DNA from: Gammaproteobacteria bacterium
Lineage (GTDB): Bacteria > Pseudomonadota > Gammaproteobacteria > Xanthomonadales > Wenzhouxiangellaceae
Assembly (NCBI GenBank): GCA_003565625.1
Contig: PXBD01000008.1
Location: 17,568 to 81,567, forward strand
Length of the DNA stretch: 64,000 nt
Reading direction: 5' to 3'
The notes beneath the pieces are model-generated. The model had not been told where the DNA came from. It searched no databases and saw only the letters and a program-made list of their open reading frames with translations. Positions 9,671-18,178 of the stretch are shown piece after piece (the stretch's first letter is position 1; every line of letters starts with the position of its first letter). A program made the position numbers and the translations under genes.

Positions 9671-10657
9671 TCAGTCATCTCCGTAAATCGCCACGCTCAA
9701 CTGGCCGTCGCTGCCAATGGCGGCGCGGTACATGCCCTGGGTGTTGAACTGCATCGCAATATTGCCCAGTGCATCAATGGCGATTACGCCGCCGTCGGCG
9801 CCCGCTTCGACCAGCACGCCGTGCACTACCGCATCGGCGCTTTCAGCCAGGCTTGCCCCGGCATGGCGCATGCGCGCGCAGATGTCGTAGGCGACCACGT
9901 GACGGATGAAGAATTCCCCGTGGCCGGTGGCGCTGACCGCGCAGGAGCGGTTGTCGGCGAAGGTGCCGGCACCGATGATGGGCGAGTCACCAACCCGGCC
10001 CCAACGCTTGTTGGTCATGCCGCCCGTCGAAGTGGCGGCGGCGAGATTGCCGTCGCGGTCCAGCGCGACGGCGCCGACCGTGGAAAACCAGTCCTCGGAT
10101 AGTTGCACAGACGCATCCTGGCGCGCCTGGACGGCGCGCAGTTGTTCCGCGCGAAACTCGGTGATGAACCATTCAGGGTCCTTGAACTCCAGCCCTGCAG
10201 CGCGGGCAAAAGCGTTGGCCCCGGCGCTGACCAGCATGACGTGGGGTGAATCCGTCATCACCGCCCGGGCGGCATCAATTGGATGTCGAATGCCCTGGGC
10301 ACTGGCCACCGCGCCCGCTTCCAGGGTCGCGCCGTCCATGATCGACGCGTCCAGTTCGACTTCTCCCTCATGGGTAAGCACGGCCCCTCGACCGGCGTTG
10401 AACTGGGGCGCATCTTCCAGAATCCGCACCGCTTCGGTTACGGCATCGAGGCTGCTGCCGCCGGAGTGCAGCACCGCGTGCCCGGCCTCGATGGCCTCGG
10501 TTAGAGCGCTCCGGATGGCTTCTTCCTGCGCCGGGCTGAGATTGCCCCGTTCGATCGTGCCCGCGCCCCCGTGGATGGCGATCGCAATCGGGGATTCGGC
10601 TGGGGCGGTCTGGCTCATCGCAATCAGGGTGGCGGTCAGGAGCAGTGTTTTGATCAT
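9671..10657 (-). CDS. iaaA: Isoaspartyl peptidase / L-asparaginase (Ntn hydrolase), with signal peptide
   Basis: IAIHGGAG, FNAGRGA, ELDASIMDG, nucleophile TVGAVA, GRVGDSPIIGAG, SATGHGE. Confidence 0.93.
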   Translation of the reverse strand: MIKTLLLTATLIAMSQTAPAESPIAIAIHGGAGTIERGNLSPAQEEAIRSALTEAIEAGHAVLHSGGSSLDAVTEAVRILEDAPQFNAGRGAVLTHEGEVELDASIMDGATLEAGAVASAQGIRHPIDAARAVMTDSPHVMLVSAGANAFARAAGLEFKDPEWFITEFRAEQLRAVQARQDASVQLSEDWFSTVGAVALDRDGNLAAATSTGGMTNKRWGRVGDSPIIGAGTFADNRSCAVSATGHGEFFIRHVVAYDICARMRHAGASLAESADAVVHGVLVEAGADGGVIAIDALGNIAMQFNTQGMYRAAIGSDGQLSVAIYGDD

Positions 10658-10748
10658 CTTCAGGCGAACCAGGCGTGGACGAGATCGAAGAGTCTAGCAT
10701 TCCCGGTATACTGCGCGACGTCCACCCCCGCCCCAGGTTGCAAGCGCC

Positions 10749-11165
10749 ATGAATTACACCATCACCCTGTTTTACGCCGGTCTGGCCGGATTGCTGCTGC
10801 TGGGTCTTTCGTTCCAGGTCGTGGCCCTGCGCCGGCGGTTCCAGGTCGGGCTGGGCAGTGGCGAAAAGCCGGAACTGGAGCGGGTGATCCGGGTCCAGGC
10901 CAACTTCTGCGAGTACGCGCCGCTGGCCCTGGTGCTCCTGCTGGTGCTCGAAGGATCGGGCGCGCTGTCGCCGCTGATCCTGCACGCTCTCGGGATCGCG
11001 CTGATTGGCGGTCGTTTTCTCCATGCCCTGGGGCTGAGCCGGACCGCCGGGGTCTCGCGCGGTCGCCTCGTAGGCACCCTGCTGACCTGGCTGATGCTGC
11101 TGGCCGGCTCACTGCTTGCCGTTGGCATGGCCATCGGATCCTGGTGGTTCACGCTCGCCGGTTGA
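10749..11165 (+). CDS. MAPEG family membrane protein (YecN-like)
   Basis: IRVQANFCEYAP and GRFLHALG motifs; 4 TM segments. Confidence 0.88.
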   Translation: MNYTITLFYAGLAGLLLLGLSFQVVALRRRFQVGLGSGEKPELERVIRVQANFCEYAPLALVLLLVLEGSGALSPLILHALGIALIGGRFLHALGLSRTAGVSRGRLVGTLLTWLMLLAGSLLAVGMAIGSWWFTLAG

Positions 11166-11687
11166 CCAGTACAGCGCGGTGTAGATTTTTGGATCGATCG
11201 CCAGCCCGGCCTGGTATCGGTCGTACAACCAGCGGTCGATGGCAATCGCGGGAATGCGGTGGACGCGGATGTCCTCACTGGCGTCGCCGCCGCCCGGGCC
11301 GACCGGCTCCAGATCCTCGGCCAGGATAAAACGCACCTGTTCGCTGCTGAGTCCGGCCGATGTGGGACAAAGCATGATTTCGCGCAAGCGCCCGGCCTGC
11401 CAGCCGGTTTCTTCCACCAGTTCCCGCGCTGCTGCCACGAGCGGGTCTTCCCGGTCGCCCGGCGCCTGGTCACCGACCAGCCCGGCCGGCAGCTCGATCG
11501 TGTGCTGCTGGATGGGTATGCGATACTGCTCGACCAGCAGCAATTCACGTTCGGGCGTCCAGGCAATCAGGACCACGGCCGGATGCTGGCGCTGGACGAA
11601 CTCCCAGCCGGAACGCTCCTGCAGCTTGAGGTAGCGCCCCTGGTACAAGGTGGTGGCGGGTTGGTCGTTCATCGGATGTTTCTCCAC
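11109..11687 (-). CDS. NUDIX hydrolase (ADP-ribose pyrophosphatase-like)
   Basis: VEQYRIP...ELPAGLVGD...AARELVEETG Nudix box; SAGLSSE. Confidence 0.9.
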   Translation of the reverse strand: MEKHPMNDQPATTLYQGRYLKLQERSGWEFVQRQHPAVVLIAWTPERELLLVEQYRIPIQQHTIELPAGLVGDQAPGDREDPLVAAARELVEETGWQAGRLREIMLCPTSAGLSSEQVRFILAEDLEPVGPGGGDASEDIRVHRIPAIAIDRWLYDRYQAGLAIDPKIYTALYWSTGEREPPGSDGHANGKQ

Positions 11688-11774
11688 GATACGGACGGAA
11701 CGATTTGCGGGCTTTCCAGTCCGAGGCTTCCGTTCCCTGAACTGATTGGCCCAAGCTTACAGGACCGCTTTTCC

Positions 11775-13166
11775 ATGCACAGATTTTTCGTATTCGGTTG
11801 GTTACTCGTCTTCTCCCTCGTTCTCGGTCTGGCTGCCGCCCAGGCCCAGCCCTTGCTGCCGCCGCAGGCGCCGCCGGACAACGCGCCACCCGGCGTACGC
11901 CTGGCGTACTGGTTTCAGCAGGCAGGTCAGGCGTTCGAGAACGACCGGGTCGATGACTGGGTGGCCGCAACCGAGCAGCTGCATGAACTCAGGCCCTACA
12001 ATCAGGATTTCATGACCCATCTGGTGCTCGGTTACGCGCGTCAGGAAAATCTGAGCAAGGCCTTCGAGATGATGCTGCACATGCAGCAACAGGGCCTGGC
12101 CCAGGACTGGAGCAGTTACGAGGAGCTTGAGCCACTGCGACCGCACCGGCTCTACGGGCACCTGAGCGATCTGATGAGCGAGGCCGGCCAGCCTTTCGGC
12201 GACTTCGAGATCCACTCGGAGTTGCCAGCCGACCTGGCCATGCCCGAGGCGATTGCGCTGGACCGCGAGTCGAGCCGCGTGTTTGTCGGCAGTATTGGCA
12301 ACGGCAGCATCGTGCACAGCAGTGACGGGCAAGAGTGGCAGCGGTTTGCTGCACCGGACAGCGTGGAAGGTCTGCATGCAGTTTTCGACCTCGCGATCGA
12401 TAGCGAGCGCGGTTATCTGTGGGTGGCCACCGGCATGGTCGGTCAGTTTGCTGGCTTCGAAGAGGACAAGGCCGGGCAAAGCGCGTTGCTGCAACTCGAC
12501 CTGGAGTCCGGCGAGCGCCTGGCCGCGTTCGCAGTCCCGGCCAGCGCACTGGATCACCTGTTGGGATCGTTGGTTGTGGCGGCCGACGGTACCGTTTTCG
12601 CTGCCGATACGCGCAACCCGATCGTGTTCCGTCTGCCGCCGGGGGGCGAGCAGCTGGACTTGTTCTTCGGCAACCAGAACTTCTCCAGCCTGCGCGGGCT
12701 GGCCCTGTCCGGTGATGACGGTCTGCTCTACATGGCCGACTACGAACAGGGGATTTTCGTGCTTGCCACCGATGGCTCCAACCAGGGCTGGAAGCTGGCG
12801 GTGCCGGAAACCCTCAACGAAGGCGGTATCGACGGTTTGTACTGGTGGGACGGGCATCTGGTGGCGATCCAGAACGGCATCAGCCCGCAGCGCGTTGTGC
12901 GTCTGAAACTTGGGCCGGATGGTCTGGGCGTGGTCGGGGTGGCGCCGGTGCTGGCCGCGCTGGAGATCTTTGACACGCCAACCTTCGGCGCCCTGGACGG
13001 TAGTCGCCTGCTGTTGTTTTCCGGCAGCCACTGGCAACATTTGGATGGACGCGGCAAACCGCTGGCCGAGGACTTGCCAACGGTCCGCATCCTCGAGGCG
13101 GATGTGGATTCTGCGGCCATCATGACGGTCGGAGAAGAAGCCATGCGGCAGTTGCAGGGCGGCTGA
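11775..13166 (+). CDS. Exported protein with helical N-domain and SMP-30/gluconolactonase-like beta-propeller
   Basis: Signal peptide MHRFFVFGWLLVFSLVLGLAAAQA; blade-like repeats (PEAIALD, LAIDSERGYLWV, VAADGTVFAAD, GLALSGDDGLLYMADY, GIDGLYW). Confidence 0.7.
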   Translation: MHRFFVFGWLLVFSLVLGLAAAQAQPLLPPQAPPDNAPPGVRLAYWFQQAGQAFENDRVDDWVAATEQLHELRPYNQDFMTHLVLGYARQENLSKAFEMMLHMQQQGLAQDWSSYEELEPLRPHRLYGHLSDLMSEAGQPFGDFEIHSELPADLAMPEAIALDRESSRVFVGSIGNGSIVHSSDGQEWQRFAAPDSVEGLHAVFDLAIDSERGYLWVATGMVGQFAGFEEDKAGQSALLQLDLESGERLAAFAVPASALDHLLGSLVVAADGTVFAADTRNPIVFRLPPGGEQLDLFFGNQNFSSLRGLALSGDDGLLYMADYEQGIFVLATDGSNQGWKLAVPETLNEGGIDGLYWWDGHLVAIQNGISPQRVVRLKLGPDGLGVVGVAPVLAALEIFDTPTFGALDGSRLLLFSGSHWQHLDGRGKPLAEDLPTVRILEADVDSAAIMTVGEEAMRQLQGG

Positions 13167-13175
13167 GCCGTGCGG

Positions 13176-14093
13176 TCAGTCGTCTCCGATGTGCGCTCGC
13201 TGACGATGCAGGCGTTCGCGCAGCGGACGCCCGAAACCCAGGTCGTCGAGTAAAGCATCCAGAGCGTCGGCGTTGCCGGCGTTTCTTTGAATGCAGGCCT
13301 GCAGCCCGAGCTGTGAGACGTCACACGCCAGACCGGTCAGACGACGGGCCAGTCGCGCTTCGGGCTCGTGCTGTTTCAGGCGCGCCGGGAGGGCACGGGC
13401 ACCGCGCAGACTCAGAAAAGGGATCTCATCGAGTCGCGCAAACAGCTGGTCCAAATTGTCGAAGTGGGTCAGCAGCGCCACTGCCGTCTTGGGGCCGATG
13501 CCGGGCACGCCGGGGATGTTGTCCACGGCATCTCCGGTCAGGGCGAGGAAATCGGCAATTTGATCGGGTCGCACGCCAAAGTGCTTGTGCACGCCGGCGT
13601 GGTCGAGTCGCCGCCGGCGGGCAAAATCCCACCATTCATCACCCTCGCCGATCAACTGGGCGAGATCCTTGTCTCCGCTGACCACGCTGAAGGCCAGTTC
13701 CTGGCCGCGGCAATGGCCGGCCAGGGAGGCGATCAGATCATCAGCCTCGAAGCGCGCGTCAACGTAGACCGGCAGGCCGAGGTGGCGGGCCAGGTCCTGG
13801 CACCAGGCGAACTGACGCTGCAGCGGTTCCGGTGCAGGTTCCCGATTGGCCTTGTAGGCCGGGTAGATGTCGTTGCGAAACGAGGAAGTCAGCGATTCGT
13901 CGAAGGCGATTGCGACCAGCCCGGCCCGGGTCTGCTCGAGCAGCTCGCACAGGAATCGGGCGAAGCCGTAGACCGCGTTGGTCGGTCGGCCTGCCTGGTC
14001 GCTGAACTGATCCGGCATCGAATACCACGCCCGGAAGATGTAGACGCTGGCGTCGATCAGGTAAGCGCGTTCGCGCTCGAGCTTGACGGTCAC
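13176..14093 (-). CDS. Stand-alone 5'-3' exonuclease / flap endonuclease (PolA N-domain, Xni/ExoIX-like)
   Basis: LIDASVYIFRA, YKANR, EADDLIA, SGDKDLAQL, LTGDAVDNIPGVPGIGPKTA (H3TH). Confidence 0.92.
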   Translation of the reverse strand: MTVKLERERAYLIDASVYIFRAWYSMPDQFSDQAGRPTNAVYGFARFLCELLEQTRAGLVAIAFDESLTSSFRNDIYPAYKANREPAPEPLQRQFAWCQDLARHLGLPVYVDARFEADDLIASLAGHCRGQELAFSVVSGDKDLAQLIGEGDEWWDFARRRRLDHAGVHKHFGVRPDQIADFLALTGDAVDNIPGVPGIGPKTAVALLTHFDNLDQLFARLDEIPFLSLRGARALPARLKQHEPEARLARRLTGLACDVSQLGLQACIQRNAGNADALDALLDDLGFGRPLRERLHRQRAHIGDD

Positions 14094-14719
14094 TGCGTAT
14101 CCAGCAAGGAACAGTTGCCGTCCAGGGATTGCGCCAGGCGCCGCCGCAGCACGCTGTGACGCGGAAAGTGAGCCAGCAGGAATTCCATCTGGTCGGCCAG
14201 AATGCGCCGTCCCTGCAGATAGACGAACTCCGCATGGGTCGGCACAAACGGGATGGCCAGCAACTGCATGCCGGCCTGCTCCGGGGTACGCGACCCCTTG
14301 TGGTTGTTGCAGCGCTTGCAGGCGGTGACCACGTTGGCCCAGGTGTCGACGCCGCCCTGGGCGAGCGGCTGGACATGATCGCGAGAGAGTTCACCGTGCT
14401 GGAACTGATTGCCGCAATACAGGCAAATGTTCTCGTCGCGACGGAACAGGGCCCGGTTGGACAACGGCGGGGCGTAGCATTCGTAGAAGCGGTGGGCGTC
14501 GGGATGGCTGCCCTGGGTGGCGACAATCGCGTTGACCGGGATCACGGTTCGCGTGCCGGTCTGGGCGTTGACGCCACCGTGAAGGTGGTACAACACCTGG
14601 CCGAGAGCATATTGAACCTGGCCGAGCACGATCAGTCGCACCGCATCCTGGTAGCCGATCCATTCGATCGGCATGCCGGTCACGTCGGTTCGCAAGACTT
14701 GCTGATCCAGCTGCAACAT
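14090..14719 (-). CDS. HNH endonuclease (McrA-like)
   Basis: LFRRDENICLYCG...SRDHVQPLAQGG...WANVVTACKRCNNHKG; probable ATG 14719. Confidence 0.9.
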   Translation of the reverse strand: MLQLDQQVLRTDVTGMPIEWIGYQDAVRLIVLGQVQYALGQVLYHLHGGVNAQTGTRTVIPVNAIVATQGSHPDAHRFYECYAPPLSNRALFRRDENICLYCGNQFQHGELSRDHVQPLAQGGVDTWANVVTACKRCNNHKGSRTPEQAGMQLLAIPFVPTHAEFVYLQGRRILADQMEFLLAHFPRHSVLRRRLAQSLDGNCSLLDTQ

Positions 14720-14889
14720 CTTGTGTTCTGCCTGTAGGTCAGCCCCAAGATGAGCCGATTCTACCCCCAAAACCGCTTCCGGAGCCAGTGCCTTGCCCGC
14801 GCGTTTTGCGCCTCTCGCCCCTTGGCTGAACAGCGAACCAACCCAATCTCGTTGCAGTCCAAGTCGATTCCGTTGTTATGGTTGTGCCC

Positions 14890-16248
14890 ATGCCGACAAA
14901 AACGCTGCTTGCTACCGCTGCCATCTTCGCACTGCTCTGGCTGCCGCATGCACAAGCCGCCCTCCCGGCCGAGGTCGACGGCCAGCCCTTGCCATCGCTG
15001 GCCCCGATTCTGGATGAGGTTATGCCGGCGGTGGTGAATGTGCATACCCGGACCCGCGTTCAGGTTCGATCCAGCCCGTTTTTCGACGACCCCTTTTTTC
15101 GTCATTTCTTCGATTTGCCCAGCGTGCCGCGCGAACGGGTCCAGCAGTCGCTGGGCTCGGGCGTGGTGGTCGATGCCGGCTTAGGCTATGTTCTGACCAA
15201 CAACCACGTGATTGATGGCGCCGATGATATTGCGGTCACACTTGCCGACGGCCGGGAATATGCGGCCGAACTGGTCGGCGCTGATCGCGACACCGACCTG
15301 GCCGTGATCCGGATTGAGGCCGATGACCTCTCGGCCTTGCCGTTGTTCGATCCAGAAAGCCTGCGCGTGGGCGATTTTGTCGTTGCGGTTGGTAATCCGT
15401 TCGGGCTGGGCCAAACCGTCACTTCAGGGATCGTCTCGGCGCTCGGTCGCTCGGGCTTGCGCGGCCTGGAATACCAGAATTTCATCCAGACCGATGCCTC
15501 GATCAACCCCGGCAACTCCGGTGGTGCGCTGATTGACCTGCGCGGTCGGCTGATTGGCATCAATACGGCGATTTTTACGCCGTCCGGCGGCAATGTCGGC
15601 ATTGGTTTTGCCATTCCGGCCAGCACGGCGGCCTATGTCATGGATCAGTTGGTGCGTCATGGCGAAGTTCGGCGCGGGTCGCTGGGCGTTCAGACCCAGG
15701 ATCTGGATGCCAGCCTGCGCGAGGCGCTGAACGCCGATGCCGCGGCCGGTGCGGTCATTACCCGGCTGGAACCGGAGTCCCCGGCCGCCCGCGCCGGTCT
15801 CAGGGCCGGCGATGTGATCGTGCGTATCGACGGCAGAGACGTTCGCGGTTCCCAGGGTTTGCGCGCTGTCGAAGGCCTGCTGGCGGTGGACAGCGAGGTC
15901 GAGGTGGAGTACCTGCGTGGGGGGCGTGAACGCACAACCCGGGCGCGCATTGAAGAAGACCTGGATACCCGCATATCCGGCCGACGCCTGGATTTGCGTC
16001 TCGACGGGTTGATGCTGGCGCGAATCCCGGACAGAAGCCGGGTTCGCGGCGTGCTGATTGAAGATGTGCGCCGCAACAGCCCCGCCTGGGAAACCGGCTT
16101 GCGGCCTGGGGACGTGATTGTTGCGCTGGATCAGCGCCCGCTGGCCGGGCTGCGCCAGATGCGCGCGCAATTTCCGCGCGGCGAACGGCAGCCGATTGTG
16201 CTGGAAATCCGCCGCCGCGGCGCCGGCTACCGGGTCACCCTGGACTAA
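14890..16248 (+). CDS. degQ: Do/DegQ family periplasmic serine endoprotease
   Basis: Signal peptide, LTNNHV, DLAV, QTDASINPGNSGG, two PDZ domains. Confidence 0.9.
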   Translation: MPTKTLLATAAIFALLWLPHAQAALPAEVDGQPLPSLAPILDEVMPAVVNVHTRTRVQVRSSPFFDDPFFRHFFDLPSVPRERVQQSLGSGVVVDAGLGYVLTNNHVIDGADDIAVTLADGREYAAELVGADRDTDLAVIRIEADDLSALPLFDPESLRVGDFVVAVGNPFGLGQTVTSGIVSALGRSGLRGLEYQNFIQTDASINPGNSGGALIDLRGRLIGINTAIFTPSGGNVGIGFAIPASTAAYVMDQLVRHGEVRRGSLGVQTQDLDASLREALNADAAAGAVITRLEPESPAARAGLRAGDVIVRIDGRDVRGSQGLRAVEGLLAVDSEVEVEYLRGGRERTTRARIEEDLDTRISGRRLDLRLDGLMLARIPDRSRVRGVLIEDVRRNSPAWETGLRPGDVIVALDQRPLAGLRQMRAQFPRGERQPIVLEIRRRGAGYRVTLD

Positions 16249-16334
16249 TCCCAATCAGTCCGGCTTCGGGATCGGCTCTATGGCTGCCCGCCGTGGTGAC
16301 GAGCCGACCACCGAGCACCAACCAACCGGGGAAT

Positions 16335-18152
16335 TCAAAGCTGGTAGCGGTTGGACAGGGCTTCCTGGGCGGTACGGACGATGCCGAAGGCCGAGCGCAG
16401 GTAGCGCTTGTGCAGTCCGGACAGCTCGTCCGGGTCGACCAGGTGATTGGGCTTTTCGCCTTGTTCGTACAGGGCGACCTGGTGGCGCAGGCGCGCATTG
16501 CCGATGAAGCGCAGGGCGTGGATCAGGTCGTCGGCATCGTCTTCGTTCATGATGCCCTGGGCGCCGGCCGCGCGCAGGCGCTCTTCGGTGTGGACGGCGC
16601 CGATGGCGCCCTCCATGGCGCGCACCCGGGCCAGGTCGACGATGGGAATGACGCCACGTTTCTTTAGGTTCAGGCCCTGGGTCTTGCAGCCGTCTCGTTC
16701 CTGTACAAACTGGCGAAACAGCCCAATCGGGGGGCGATGCCCCATCGATTCGGCAGCCAGGAAGCGACGGAAAATCTTGCTTTCGCTGGCCTGTTTCAGG
16801 ACTTTGAGATGTAGCTCTTGGGCCATCTCGATATCACCCGCCACACCGCGCATATCAAAGAAAATGCTGGATTGCATGACCGACATCGGCTTTGGCTCGA
16901 CGATCCAGCCGCTGAAGGTCTTGTGCCAGTCTTCGCGGGACATCCGCCACTGACCTTTTGCCATCACCTCACCAGGGCAGAAGACATAGCCGCATTCGTT
17001 GAGTCCATCACAGACGAACGTGGCCAGCTTGAGGAAATAATCCGCCGCCTCGGCATCAGGCTTTTCGGCCAGCAGCAGGCCGTTGTCCTGATCGCTGATC
17101 AGCCCTTGTTCCAGCCTTGCCTGGGAGCCGAAGGCCAGCCAGGTCCAGCCCATTGGGGCCTCGCCAAGTTCGTCCTGGGCCAGGGCCAGCAGGCGCCGGG
17201 TGCAGGCATCGGTGATCAGCCCGGCCATCCGTCCCACCTCGGTTACCTGGCTGCCCTGGCGGGTCAGCGCGGCCAGCATGCCAGGTCCCAGCCGCGCCAT
17301 TTCGGCCACATCGGCAACATTCTCGGCGCGCTGGATGTCCCGTACCAGGCGCAGCGGATGCGGCGACTGCTGACGCAACAGATCGCCCGAACTGATTACG
17401 GCAGCCAGCGCGCCCTGGTCGGTAAGAACGGGAAGGTGGTGGATGCCGAGGCGCATCATCTCGACGAGCGCATCTTCGATACCGTCGTCCAGGCCGACGG
17501 TGACCGGGTCGGGGGTCATGACCTCGGCAATTGGTCGGGCAGGGTCAACGCCCTGGCCAAGGACGCGGTTGCGCAGGTCGCGATCGGTGGCAATTCCGAT
17601 GAGTTTGCCGTCACGAACCAGCGGCAGGCAGCTGACCTGGTGGCGACTCATCAGTACCGCGGCCTGGGTGATGGAGTGGTCGGGGTCGCTAGTCACCGGC
17701 GCGCGCAGGGCCAGTTCGCCGATTTTTGCCGGCCGCTCGCTGCCGGCTTCGCGCAGTCGCGCACCCGGACTGTCGCTCAGGAACCGGGCAAAGTCCGGAT
17801 GGCGCTGACCCAGGGTCTGGAGGGCGCTGGCATCAAGATGCAGGAGATCAAGCGTTTCGATCGCCTCGACGCTGTAGTTGCAGGGCCCGCCGTCAAAACG
17901 GATGGCATGACCAAACAGCTCGCCCTCCCCGCGCTGCTCGAGCGGGCTGCCGTCGGCCGCCTTGACCACCACCGCACCGGACAGGATGACGTACAGACCC
18001 TGGTGCCCGGGCGGATCGAAGCTGCCGACAAGATCGCTACTGGCAAAAGACATCGGCTTGCAGGCTGCCGCCAGTCGGTCGATTTCCCCGATCGGTAATT
18101 CCGAAAACGGGGCGACGTCGGCCAGGAACTTGCGTCTATCAGCAGGTTGCAT
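16335..18152 (-). CDS. cNMP-binding + 2xCBS + DUF294 nucleotidyltransferase + DUF294_C protein
   Basis: GLYVILSGAV...GELFG (cNMP), CBS pair (GIATDRDLR, IHHLPV), FGSQARLEQGLISDQDN (GlnD/GlnE-like NTase motif), CPGEVMA, LNLKKRGVIPIVD. Confidence 0.9.
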   Translation of the reverse strand: MQPADRRKFLADVAPFSELPIGEIDRLAAACKPMSFASSDLVGSFDPPGHQGLYVILSGAVVVKAADGSPLEQRGEGELFGHAIRFDGGPCNYSVEAIETLDLLHLDASALQTLGQRHPDFARFLSDSPGARLREAGSERPAKIGELALRAPVTSDPDHSITQAAVLMSRHQVSCLPLVRDGKLIGIATDRDLRNRVLGQGVDPARPIAEVMTPDPVTVGLDDGIEDALVEMMRLGIHHLPVLTDQGALAAVISSGDLLRQQSPHPLRLVRDIQRAENVADVAEMARLGPGMLAALTRQGSQVTEVGRMAGLITDACTRRLLALAQDELGEAPMGWTWLAFGSQARLEQGLISDQDNGLLLAEKPDAEAADYFLKLATFVCDGLNECGYVFCPGEVMAKGQWRMSREDWHKTFSGWIVEPKPMSVMQSSIFFDMRGVAGDIEMAQELHLKVLKQASESKIFRRFLAAESMGHRPPIGLFRQFVQERDGCKTQGLNLKKRGVIPIVDLARVRAMEGAIGAVHTEERLRAAGAQGIMNEDDADDLIHALRFIGNARLRHQVALYEQGEKPNHLVDPDELSGLHKRYLRSAFGIVRTAQEALSNRYQL

Positions 18153-18178
18153 TGGGTCTCTCCTCGGCAGGCGCCGGT

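Noticed and set aside
13176-14719. Anti-phage defence island or mobile element around the HNH and NERD genes
   Set aside because: No integrase, transposase, methylase or visible compositional shift; neighbours are housekeeping genes
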